Shown piece after piece: positions 45,578-54,628 of a DNA stretch of 64,000 bases. The stretch spans positions 1-64,000 of the IMG/VR virus record IMGVR_UViG_3300024259_002152; one strand, given 5' to 3'. Position 1 is the first letter of the stretch. Each line of letters starts with the position of its first letter. Both the position numbers and the translations under genes were made by a program. Under the pieces are notes generated by a model that had not been told where the DNA came from, did no database searches, and saw nothing but the letters and a program-made list of their open reading frames with translations.

Positions 45578-48500
45578 TTGACAGATTTTAAAGAAAATAT
45601 TGCGGATATTATAGATGCATGGGGTTCTTATCCTCTAAAAAATCCGTGTTCTGAAGATCCAGCATTTAATGCAGGTCACGTGCAGCTTAAATGTTATATA
45701 AATAATGTATGTCCTTTTTACAAAACTCCTTATAAAGAGGATAGTTTGATTTTTAATAGGAGCACTTTTAGCGAACTTCAACAAATATTGCCAGATAATA
45801 TATCGGGTGTTTTAGCGACCACGGGTAAGCTAGATGGGTTGCATTTCAAATATAGAAAAACATTTAGACATAATTATATGTATCAATTTTATGAAGATGT
45901 TGACAATGTAAATTATCAAGAAAAGTCAGATGCTAATTACAAGTATGAGTATTTTGAAGCTTATCATCAAGAAATATCTCAAACTGGAACTGCTGGAACA
46001 ACTGATATAAAAGGAGTAGATAAAACTAGATATAAGAGAGAATATAGCTGGATTACGTCGCGAAGTGTTTATGATGATCTTGCTTGTGAGAATAGCGCAG
46101 TGGAAGAATGTAGTAATCAAACTTCTTGGGCGTATGAAGGACAATCTATTTCTGACAATATGATGACAGATGCAGATATAGAATATGATTATCAATATGA
46201 TTATTGGTTGGATTATATTGAGAGTTTGGAAACCACGTCTGGGAAAACTAAACCCAAGAGTGGAGAAACTAGGAGGATAGATAATTCTAATGTTTTAATG
46301 CCTGTTCAAAATCGAACACATAATAAAGATGGTAGTGGTGTTCATTGGAAGGTTGTAAAAAGAACTCCCATATTTAGAGGGGCTGATTTTTTTATAAGGT
46401 TTTATAGAAAAGCAACTGAAGCTATTAGATATCCTGATTCAAGCGGTCAGGTTCCATTTAATAGTAAGGTTTATGCTGAGTTAGATATTACAAACAATGA
46501 TGTTGTTTTAGTTGATCCTGTACAGAATTTTAAAGCCTACGTTAATAGTGCTGTTAGGGCCCCATCAAAAAAAGATGATACTGATGAGGAGGCAATAGAT
46601 CCTAATATATATAATTTTTATGATCAACCTTATTATATAATAGAAATTAATAGAGAATATTTTATTATTATACCATCAAGAGGATTTCCTACATTTGTTC
46701 ATTCTTTTAATGGGGAAAATTCTGAGGGTGCAGTATCTAGGAGATTAGGATCACCATTTGAGGGGATTTCTGGAAAGCAGCTAATAGAGGCTGATTATTT
46801 TGATATTGTTATTAGGAATCATTTAGGGAGGCTGGCAATTCAGTTTGAGGGAAAGGGTTTTGAGAACATACCTCCATGGATTATACAAAGAACTGATTTG
46901 GTTCCTGAAAAAGTCGGGAATGGAGAAGCTAGTTATATAGCGGAAAAAATAAGAGATTTGATCATACCGAAGGGCCCTATAGGTATTTGGGGAGGTAATA
47001 TAAAATGTGGTTTTCTTTTCGGTTATTTACAATATATAGCTACTGCTGTTTCTTTTGTATATCCTCCTAGGGATGATACGGGTATTGGGGTAGTTTCACA
47101 ACCGTATTATAAAGCTTTTGATAATCTAGAGGCAGAAGAAGCTACTTTTTCTCCAGATTATTTTCAGAGCATGCCTTTATGGCTTCCTTTGAATGGAGAG
47201 GGTGATGGAACGAATACGAGTCATAAGTTGTTGTTTCAAGCTTATGATGGATTTAAGTTGGAAACAGGGTCCATTGGAGATCAAGCGACACAATATAATG
47301 ATGTTCCTTTGTTTACTCAGGATTGTCAATATTATATAAATTATGCAGAAGGTGAAGTGGAATTATATAATTTAGGGTATTTTTATTATAATGATCCAAT
47401 AAGAGAATTTTCTCCACAGTTTGCGATTGCTGATGACGCTGATAATACTGATGCAAAAAATACGGCTCATGTAAAAACTTCTAATATAACTGTTCAAAAA
47501 TATAGATATATGAATGATTTACAAAGAAGGCATCAAGGTTTTGATGTTTATATTGGGATGATGAATGGAGATCATCTTTTTACAGAATCTTTTTCTCTGG
47601 ATTTCTGGAATAAAACTGATGGATGGAAAAATACAGTACAATATCTTCATCCGATTCAGACTATAGAGGATAATCCTTATAAATTTTCTGGAGATCTTAT
47701 TGGAGATGATGAATGGCTTTTGCCGAATTGTAAGACTCCGATTATGACTAATATAAGATTGGTTGCTGAGCCAGGTCCTGAGCCTCGATGGAAGGATGGA
47801 ACAAGTATAAGTCATGGAGTGCGTAAGCATCCAGAAAATGGACACAGTCCATATTTTATTGATGCTACTGATCATGTTATGTCGTTTTCTCATTCATGGT
47901 CGGCTTCTAGTATGACTTCTATGGAGCATAGCGGTACAATTCAATTTTATCTTAATCATGAAATGGATGTAGATAATAATGTAACTTCTGATTTAATAGC
48001 TCTTCAAGACAGAACGTTTTATATAGAAGTTTGGGCAGGTTATAGAGATTTGCCAGGATGTACTAATAGTAATTATACAAAAATACCAGGTTTTTATAAG
48101 ATGTTTACCGGAGTTTGTCAGGGGGGCAAGCTTAGTTATGAGTACGGTAAGAATGTTATGACTTGCAAGCTGGAGGATTATGGTATTGTTTTGAAGGGTA
48201 TGAGATTTTTTAATTCTCCATGGTTTGATGCTATGAAAGATACGATAGCTGTGAAAGAGATAGTAAGAATGGCTGGATTTAGGGACCAAGGAGTATATGA
48301 TCCTGCAAGATTAATATCTGAATTGGCAGCTTCTGCTGATAGTTTAAGTTCTCAAACATTCTTTAACCATTTTGATGGTAGAACATTTAAGCACGAACCA
48401 TTTGGTTTGCCTTCAGGGTATAATAGGTTGGAGCAGCCTGCTTTAAAATTTAATGATGGAGATCCTCTTATTGATGCTATTAGTAAAATTGCAGCAATGT

Positions 48501-49099
48501 CAGCAAAACTATTTTATTTTGATGAGTTTGGTATAGCTCATTACGAAGATTATCAGGACTGGGTAGAACAGGATTTTCAGGGCACTTTATCTTTAAGACC
48601 TCTTTACTTTTTTACTAAGAATCCAGAAGTGCGTAGAGGGCAATTAGTGTTTAATAAAATAGAGAGATCATTTGATGTGTCGAGTGTTGCAAATCATCTT
48701 AAAATTTTAAGTAATACTCCTGATTGGCATTTGTTGATTTTAGATCATTTTAAATGGGACTCTATAGAAAATCCTGAAACTACTGGATTTTTAGGTTTTC
48801 AAAGAACGGCGTTTCAAGCAGAGAGTATGTTTGGGTCTAAAGAAGCTGTAATTTCAGCTATGAATAAATATTCTGTAATATTTAAACCGAAGATAAAGGT
48901 TTCGTTTGAAACTTATGGGCTGCCATTAAGGGCTACTGATATTGTCTCGTTAGAAGAAGAGGTGGTAAGAGTTACAAAAGTAAATCATGCATTTGACGCT
49001 TCTAAAAATCAATGGTGGATGCAGGTTGAATGTGAAAGATTCCAGCCTATAGATGCTGGAGATATTATACCTTTGCCAGCCCCTGTAGAAGATGAGTAA
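45578..49099 (+). CDS. Tail-tip hub-like protein
   Basis: 1173 aa; IEVWAGY...FTGVC...MTCKLEDYG...LFYFDEFGIAHY...VRVTKVNHAF matches the baseplate-hub/Tal-type fold pattern. Confidence 0.55.
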   Translation: MTDFKENIADIIDAWGSYPLKNPCSEDPAFNAGHVQLKCYINNVCPFYKTPYKEDSLIFNRSTFSELQQILPDNISGVLATTGKLDGLHFKYRKTFRHNYMYQFYEDVDNVNYQEKSDANYKYEYFEAYHQEISQTGTAGTTDIKGVDKTRYKREYSWITSRSVYDDLACENSAVEECSNQTSWAYEGQSISDNMMTDADIEYDYQYDYWLDYIESLETTSGKTKPKSGETRRIDNSNVLMPVQNRTHNKDGSGVHWKVVKRTPIFRGADFFIRFYRKATEAIRYPDSSGQVPFNSKVYAELDITNNDVVLVDPVQNFKAYVNSAVRAPSKKDDTDEEAIDPNIYNFYDQPYYIIEINREYFIIIPSRGFPTFVHSFNGENSEGAVSRRLGSPFEGISGKQLIEADYFDIVIRNHLGRLAIQFEGKGFENIPPWIIQRTDLVPEKVGNGEASYIAEKIRDLIIPKGPIGIWGGNIKCGFLFGYLQYIATAVSFVYPPRDDTGIGVVSQPYYKAFDNLEAEEATFSPDYFQSMPLWLPLNGEGDGTNTSHKLLFQAYDGFKLETGSIGDQATQYNDVPLFTQDCQYYINYAEGEVELYNLGYFYYNDPIREFSPQFAIADDADNTDAKNTAHVKTSNITVQKYRYMNDLQRRHQGFDVYIGMMNGDHLFTESFSLDFWNKTDGWKNTVQYLHPIQTIEDNPYKFSGDLIGDDEWLLPNCKTPIMTNIRLVAEPGPEPRWKDGTSISHGVRKHPENGHSPYFIDATDHVMSFSHSWSASSMTSMEHSGTIQFYLNHEMDVDNNVTSDLIALQDRTFYIEVWAGYRDLPGCTNSNYTKIPGFYKMFTGVCQGGKLSYEYGKNVMTCKLEDYGIVLKGMRFFNSPWFDAMKDTIAVKEIVRMAGFRDQGVYDPARLISELAASADSLSSQTFFNHFDGRTFKHEPFGLPSGYNRLEQPALKFNDGDPLIDAISKIAAMSAKLFYFDEFGIAHYEDYQDWVEQDFQGTLSLRPLYFFTKNPEVRRGQLVFNKIERSFDVSSVANHLKILSNTPDWHLLILDHFKWDSIENPETTGFLGFQRTAFQAESMFGSKEAVISAMNKYSVIFKPKIKVSFETYGLPLRATDIVSLEEEVVRVTKVNHAFDASKNQWWMQVECERFQPIDAGDIIPLPAPVEDE

Positions 49100-49122
49100 T
49101 TGCAATTAATAGGAGTATAATA

Positions 49123-49341
49123 ATGAGTAAGGATCTGTTAAAAAATAATATTGTGAAAATGTTCAATACTAATAAAGGATATGCTCATAATGAGATAGCT
49201 AGATTAGGAAGTAGAGAACAACGATCTGCCGAGTATCGTAGAAATGGTATTTTAAATTTTGGTGGTAGGCAGATGATAAATATAGCTGCAAATTTAGAGG
49301 TGTATACTGTAGGGGTGGGAGGCCCTCCTGTAGTAGGATAA
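49123..49341 (+). CDS. Small hypothetical protein
   Basis: 72 aa with AGGAG RBS. Confidence 0.55.
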   Translation: MSKDLLKNNIVKMFNTNKGYAHNEIARLGSREQRSAEYRRNGILNFGGRQMINIAANLEVYTVGVGGPPVVG

Positions 49342-49362
49342 TATTTTAAGGGAGATATTAAA

Positions 49363-52300
49363 ATGGGTCAGACAAAATACTACGATCTCGCTTACTTTGA
49401 TTTTGGTGATAGATTAAATGAGTCTATTAATGTTCAAAAAGAGATAAATCGTTTTGTTGTTATTGATAAGCAATTATATGGTATGTATGTAATATTTGGC
49501 AATGGTGTTATTGAGGGATTTAATGTCTCAGACGCCGGGTTCCAGGAAAGTAAGGGTATTTCTGTTAATGTATCTGAGGGTATAGGTATTATTGAGTATT
49601 TGGCAGCCCAGACTAGAACTCCAGGATCTATCACTGGCTTGCCTCCAAATTCAGTTGTGACTATATATGCCACAGTAACTGGGTCTACCTATATAGATAG
49701 AAAAGTTAATTTTCAATATTCGACTTCTCCATTAAGTAATGGAATCAAAATAGCTATAGTATCAACAGGTAGTAACAATATATTATTTATAGATAACAAT
49801 GTGAGAGATTTAATAGGTTTTGATGAGACTATAGCTGAGGCTATAAATGAGCATAAACATAGAGGGACTCCTACTAAAATAGATTTGCCGACAGAAACAA
49901 AAAATCAGTTACCTGGCGCTAGATTAGAAGGTATTGACGCTTCTAAGGTCGTAAGTGGTAGGTTTGATGTTGATAGGATATCATTAGTTGATCATAATGA
50001 TTTAGAGAATAATGGAATGTTAACTCATGCTGCTTTAGATTCTTTTATTAGGACATTTTCTCAAAATAATAGAGAGTTATTAGGAGAAATTAATTCTGTT
50101 AATCTATTAAGAGCCATAATATTTTGGAAATATAAATATGAAGATGTAGATGAATATTTTATCAATGAGTTAGCTTTGATTCCAGGAGTATCTCCTGATT
50201 CATTTATTGATTTTAATGCTTCGACTGCTAATATTAATTTAGGAGGCACTGGTTGTATTAGCGGCATTCCGACTAAAACAGGAATTTTTACATCAGTATA
50301 TTGGAATGATACATTTTCATTTAATACTTATACATATGAAAATAATGCTATAATAGAGAATGATACAGTTTTTATCGATGCATCAGATAGTTCTACTGAA
50401 TCTATAGCTGATTTTAGTAGTGGTGTTATGCCCTTTGAAGAAGAAATGCTAATTATAGATAATAATCAGCGAGCTGTAGTTACTACTGAGGATGGTAATA
50501 GAATAGGTCAATTAGGAGGAGGAGGTACTCTAAATTATTTTTATAGAATTGATTATGCAACTGGGAAGAGTTGGGACGGAACGTATGATGAATTAGTTAT
50601 TAAAGTAAAGACAACTGAACAAATTCATGATCCTGTTTATATGTACGTGGTTAATGGTTCTAATGTTAATACTAGCGGTCACTATGGTAGTATCGAAGTT
50701 GACGATATAGACGGGGTAAAAAAACCAAGTTCATCATGGGAAATATTAGCTAGTGATGAGAATTCAGCAACTTTTGTAGAAAAGGTCTTTAATATAACTG
50801 GCTTAGGTTTGGATGATGTAACTCAGCTTACCATTTATACTGAAGATTCTTTTACTTTTGAAATAGATGATGTGGCTGTTAGAAGAACAAATATTGTTTC
50901 TGAAACAGCTACTATAAGATATCAATATAGTACTCAGGCAAGCCTCAGCTTTTATTCTCTTTTCTATGATGCTGATACTCCTTCAGGTACATCCATATCT
51001 ATAAGGTTGAAGGTGGCATCATCTTCAGATCTGTTGTCAAGAGCTTTCTATACTTTACCTGTTGATTCAGGAGATGTTGTCGCTTTAACGGGAGCAGCAG
51101 CGGAAGTAGAAGTGATTATGACTAGTGATGAAAGCAGAACAGTTACTCCCGTTTTGAATAGTATTGAATTAAGATTATTAACAGATGCTAATTTTACGGG
51201 TTTTGTGATTGATACAGAAGCCGAATGGGTAAGGGGGACTTTGGATAATTTAGATATTGATGCTGCTGTTCAGGTTGGGCAATCGGTATTAAATATTGCT
51301 ACCCCTATTAATGTTGGAGGTAGATATTTTTCTAAAGCTGGTTCTGTGAGTGAAAATAATGATCTTGATGTTGCTATATACGGGTTTAGCGGCAGTTTAA
51401 TGCCGATTGCTCCTAATCAGGCAAGAGAATGGAGCTTATCTTCTTCCAGAGGATTTAAAACTGTTGCTTCTGTAGTAAGGAGATTTGATAATTCATTTTT
51501 GATAGCTGATATGGAGAATAATAGAATATTACAAGTAGATAGAAATGGCAATTTGGTGAAAGGTTTTGGGTCTACTTATTCTGTTGACACTAATTTTTAT
51601 CCATTATCTGCTGTTTATAATTCAACAGATACTATTTTAACGATTGTGTTTACAAAAGCTGCTGTGGTAGAAGATATAACAAAGATTGCTTTTTTTGTTG
51701 GTTCTTCTAGAGTTGCCTTAACTACTGATGATACTGTTTTGAGTAATAATAAAGCTGGTAATAAGGTTTTAGAAATAGAACTAGATGATGATACCGCTGT
51801 GAGATTACTAAACGCTACGAGCGATAATCTTACTGTTGATTTTGCAGCAGGTGCTTTTACTGAGGAAATTATAGTTAATGAAGGCATGAGGGCTATAGGT
51901 AATAGTATTTTTAGTGCTGTTAAAGGTCTAATATGTTTTGTTGGAGATTTTACTTTTATAGATAATATAAGGCATCCTATTTTTATATATGAAAATAGTG
52001 AAGATAATTGGATGATAGGAAATTCTTCGATATTTTATGTGGATGTTGATTCTGCTAAGGAGGAGTCAACAACAGTCCCAGATATTATTGAGATTGATCC
52101 TGATGATATTTTGAATACGACTGGTAAATTAATCTCAAGTGATGTTAAATTTTCTGATTATACGTTGGGTGGTATTTATGAGTATGATGATAATGGGAGA
52201 TTTGTTGTGGCTGGAATAGAATCATCTAGCACTACGCTAACGGGTATTACTGGTAGTGATTTATTGAGTAGATATGATGCTGATCCTCCAGAAGATGTTA

Positions 52301-52602
52301 AGTTTAGAGCAAAGGGCATAGATGATTTGAGTGATTATGCTGGTAGAGTATTTGTATTTGATAAAATAAATAATAGGCAACAGATTATGTATTCTTCGCC
52401 AGATGGATTATTTCCTTCATTTGTGTCGGGTTATGACGATGGAGATATAGTTGTTTCAGAATCTGCTCTGGGAGATGCTTCGGGCAGGTTGGTAAGGATT
52501 GATCCTTTCGGAAATATTAACTGGTCATATGGGGCTGGAACTTTTAATCTCATTAATAGTGCTAGAGTTATTTCTGATGATAATCTTATTGTGAGTGTAT
52601 AA
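49363..52602 (+). CDS. Tail fibre/baseplate-associated protein with C-terminal NHL-like propeller
   Basis: N-terminal GNGVIEGFNV...VSEGIG; HKH and DHNDL...LTH segments; FLIADMENNRILQVDRNG and GRLVRIDPFGNINWSY. Confidence 0.55.
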   Translation: MGQTKYYDLAYFDFGDRLNESINVQKEINRFVVIDKQLYGMYVIFGNGVIEGFNVSDAGFQESKGISVNVSEGIGIIEYLAAQTRTPGSITGLPPNSVVTIYATVTGSTYIDRKVNFQYSTSPLSNGIKIAIVSTGSNNILFIDNNVRDLIGFDETIAEAINEHKHRGTPTKIDLPTETKNQLPGARLEGIDASKVVSGRFDVDRISLVDHNDLENNGMLTHAALDSFIRTFSQNNRELLGEINSVNLLRAIIFWKYKYEDVDEYFINELALIPGVSPDSFIDFNASTANINLGGTGCISGIPTKTGIFTSVYWNDTFSFNTYTYENNAIIENDTVFIDASDSSTESIADFSSGVMPFEEEMLIIDNNQRAVVTTEDGNRIGQLGGGGTLNYFYRIDYATGKSWDGTYDELVIKVKTTEQIHDPVYMYVVNGSNVNTSGHYGSIEVDDIDGVKKPSSSWEILASDENSATFVEKVFNITGLGLDDVTQLTIYTEDSFTFEIDDVAVRRTNIVSETATIRYQYSTQASLSFYSLFYDADTPSGTSISIRLKVASSSDLLSRAFYTLPVDSGDVVALTGAAAEVEVIMTSDESRTVTPVLNSIELRLLTDANFTGFVIDTEAEWVRGTLDNLDIDAAVQVGQSVLNIATPINVGGRYFSKAGSVSENNDLDVAIYGFSGSLMPIAPNQAREWSLSSSRGFKTVASVVRRFDNSFLIADMENNRILQVDRNGNLVKGFGSTYSVDTNFYPLSAVYNSTDTILTIVFTKAAVVEDITKIAFFVGSSRVALTTDDTVLSNNKAGNKVLEIELDDDTAVRLLNATSDNLTVDFAAGAFTEEIIVNEGMRAIGNSIFSAVKGLICFVGDFTFIDNIRHPIFIYENSEDNWMIGNSSIFYVDVDSAKEESTTVPDIIEIDPDDILNTTGKLISSDVKFSDYTLGGIYEYDDNGRFVVAGIESSSTTLTGITGSDLLSRYDADPPEDVKFRAKGIDDLSDYAGRVFVFDKINNRQQIMYSSPDGLFPSFVSGYDDGDIVVSESALGDASGRLVRIDPFGNINWSYGAGTFNLINSARVISDDNLIVSV

Positions 52603-52690
52603 TTTTTCATAATTTTTTAAAATAAAAGAAGGATTTCTCCTATAGTTGTTAAATATAATGATATATGATATTATTTTATAGGAGAAATAC

Positions 52691-52849
52691 ATGAGAAAAG
52701 AAAAATATACAGAAGAAATAAGAATAGTAGTTCCTCCATCTTTATATTCCCCTTTTGTAGAAAAATGTGAAAAAGATCACAAGACTATGTCACAAGCTTT
52801 AAGAGAATTAATGTGGGAGAGTATTGAGGAAGGGGAGGAGGATGTCTAA
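52691..52849 (+). CDS. Ribbon-helix-helix DNA-binding protein (52 aa, not in track)
   Basis: EIRIVVPPSLYSPFVEKCEKDHKTMSQALRELMWESI; AGGAGA RBS; overlaps the HNH start. Confidence 0.6.
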   Translation: MRKEKYTEEIRIVVPPSLYSPFVEKCEKDHKTMSQALRELMWESIEEGEEDV

Positions 52850-53543
52850 AAGGTTGTCTTTTGAATATGTTAAAAAGTTTTTTGAAGAGCAGGGATGCGA
52901 GTTAATGGAAAGTTCGTATAAAAATAATTCCATCAAAATGAAATATAAATGTGAATGCGGAAATATTTCGGCAATTAATTTTAATAATTTTAAAAATGGG
53001 AATAGATGTAGAAAGTGTAGTGGATATGAAAAATACATATATAAAGAAGTTTACAATTATTTTAAAGAGCAACATTGCGTATTGTTAGAAGTAATATATA
53101 AAAATGCTTTAGCTTCAATGAAATATAAGTGTAAATGTGGGAATATCTCAAAAATTAATTTTAATAATTTTCAAAATGGGAAAAGATGTAAAAAATGCGG
53201 TATAAAAAATAGATCAGGAGAAAATAATTGTAATTATAATCCAAATAAAACAGACGAAGAGAGAGAATTAAAAAGAGATTATTCCGAATATTATAATTGG
53301 AGGAAGGGAATATTTAAAAAAGATGTTTATACCTGCAAATGTTGTTTCCAAATTGGAGGTAGTTTAAATGCTCATCATATTAGAAATTATTCTAATAATA
53401 GAGAGTTGAGAACGGATGAAAGTAATGGTATAACTTTATGCAAAATATGTCATCTAGAATTTCATAAAAAATATGGGAAAAAAGATAATAATAGACAGCA
53501 ATTAGATGAATTTTTAAAAGTAGGTAGTTTATGTCTAAAATAA
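52842..53543 (+). mobile_element. HNH homing endonuclease with two Cys-repeat units
   Basis: GCELMESSY...CECG...RCRKC repeats; YTCKCC...LNAHHIRNY...NGITLCKICHLEFH. Start at 52842 follows GAGGAGG. Confidence 0.85.
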
Positions 53544-54628
53544 AAATAACTTATGCGTGTTTCTTAAATTCGTCTGGTTATAGCAATGCAGCGCAGAATT
53601 ATATAGCTGCTATAGATCAGACAGGTTTATTTGATATTAAAATTAGGGTTTTTGGTGATAAGCCTAGTAGACCAGCCATTTCTGATGAAAAATATGAATA
53701 TTTTATAAAAATGATTAAAAAGGAAGAGGATCTAGATCGTATATTAATATATCATTGCATACCTACTATTCAAAAAAGGATAAAAGGATATAAGAAAAGT
53801 ATAGGATTTGCAACATATGAGACTTATTCTCCTCCAGAGAATTGGATCAATATTCTTAATAAGAATGATGCTATAATAGTTCCTTCGAATTTTGATTATA
53901 AAATATTTTCTCACATGCAAATAAAAAAACCTATTTATTATCTTCCTCATTGTTTAGATGTGGATTCTTATAATATGGACGTGCTTCCGCTATATGAATA
54001 TGATAAATATACATTTTTATTTATGGGCATTTTCCGAGAAAGAAAAGGATATAAACAACTAGTGGAAGCATTTTTGAAAGAATTTAATCAAAGTGATAAT
54101 GTTCAGTTGATTTTAAAGACAGATAAGATTAAAAAAGCAGAAAGTTATGTAGAGCAGATAAAAAAACAGATAGGAATAAACAAAGGATTTGCCTCTATTT
54201 TGTTTGAAAATAAAGTATTCGACGAAAAAGATTTGCCGAAGTATTTAAAATCGGCAAATTGTCTTGTTTCTCCCACTATGGGTGAGGGTTTTAATTTACC
54301 AGGATTACAGTGTATGTCCTTAGGTATTCCTGTGATTGTAACTAATTTTTCAGGTTGTCAGGATTATGCTAATGATAAAACTGCCACTTTGTTAGAACCA
54401 AGTGGATTTGTGTTTCTCAATAATATGGATAATATTCCACAATTTAAAAATAGAAAATGGGCATTTTTGGAAGTAAATAAAATACAAAAAGCTATGAGAT
54501 ATGTTTTTAATAATCAAAAATCTATACGAATGAAATCTAATTGGGCATTTTCTGATATGAGAAATAAATTCAATTATCAAATAGTAGGAAACATGTTTAT
54601 AAATATGATAAGAGAGATATATGGCTAA
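53531..54628 (+). CDS. GT4-family glycosyltransferase
   Basis: SGYSNAAQNY, FLFMGIFRERKG, SPTMGEGFNLPGLQCMSLGIPVIVTNFSG. Confidence 0.85.
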   Translation: MSKIKITYACFLNSSGYSNAAQNYIAAIDQTGLFDIKIRVFGDKPSRPAISDEKYEYFIKMIKKEEDLDRILIYHCIPTIQKRIKGYKKSIGFATYETYSPPENWINILNKNDAIIVPSNFDYKIFSHMQIKKPIYYLPHCLDVDSYNMDVLPLYEYDKYTFLFMGIFRERKGYKQLVEAFLKEFNQSDNVQLILKTDKIKKAESYVEQIKKQIGINKGFASILFENKVFDEKDLPKYLKSANCLVSPTMGEGFNLPGLQCMSLGIPVIVTNFSGCQDYANDKTATLLEPSGFVFLNNMDNIPQFKNRKWAFLEVNKIQKAMRYVFNNQKSIRMKSNWAFSDMRNKFNYQIVGNMFINMIREIYG

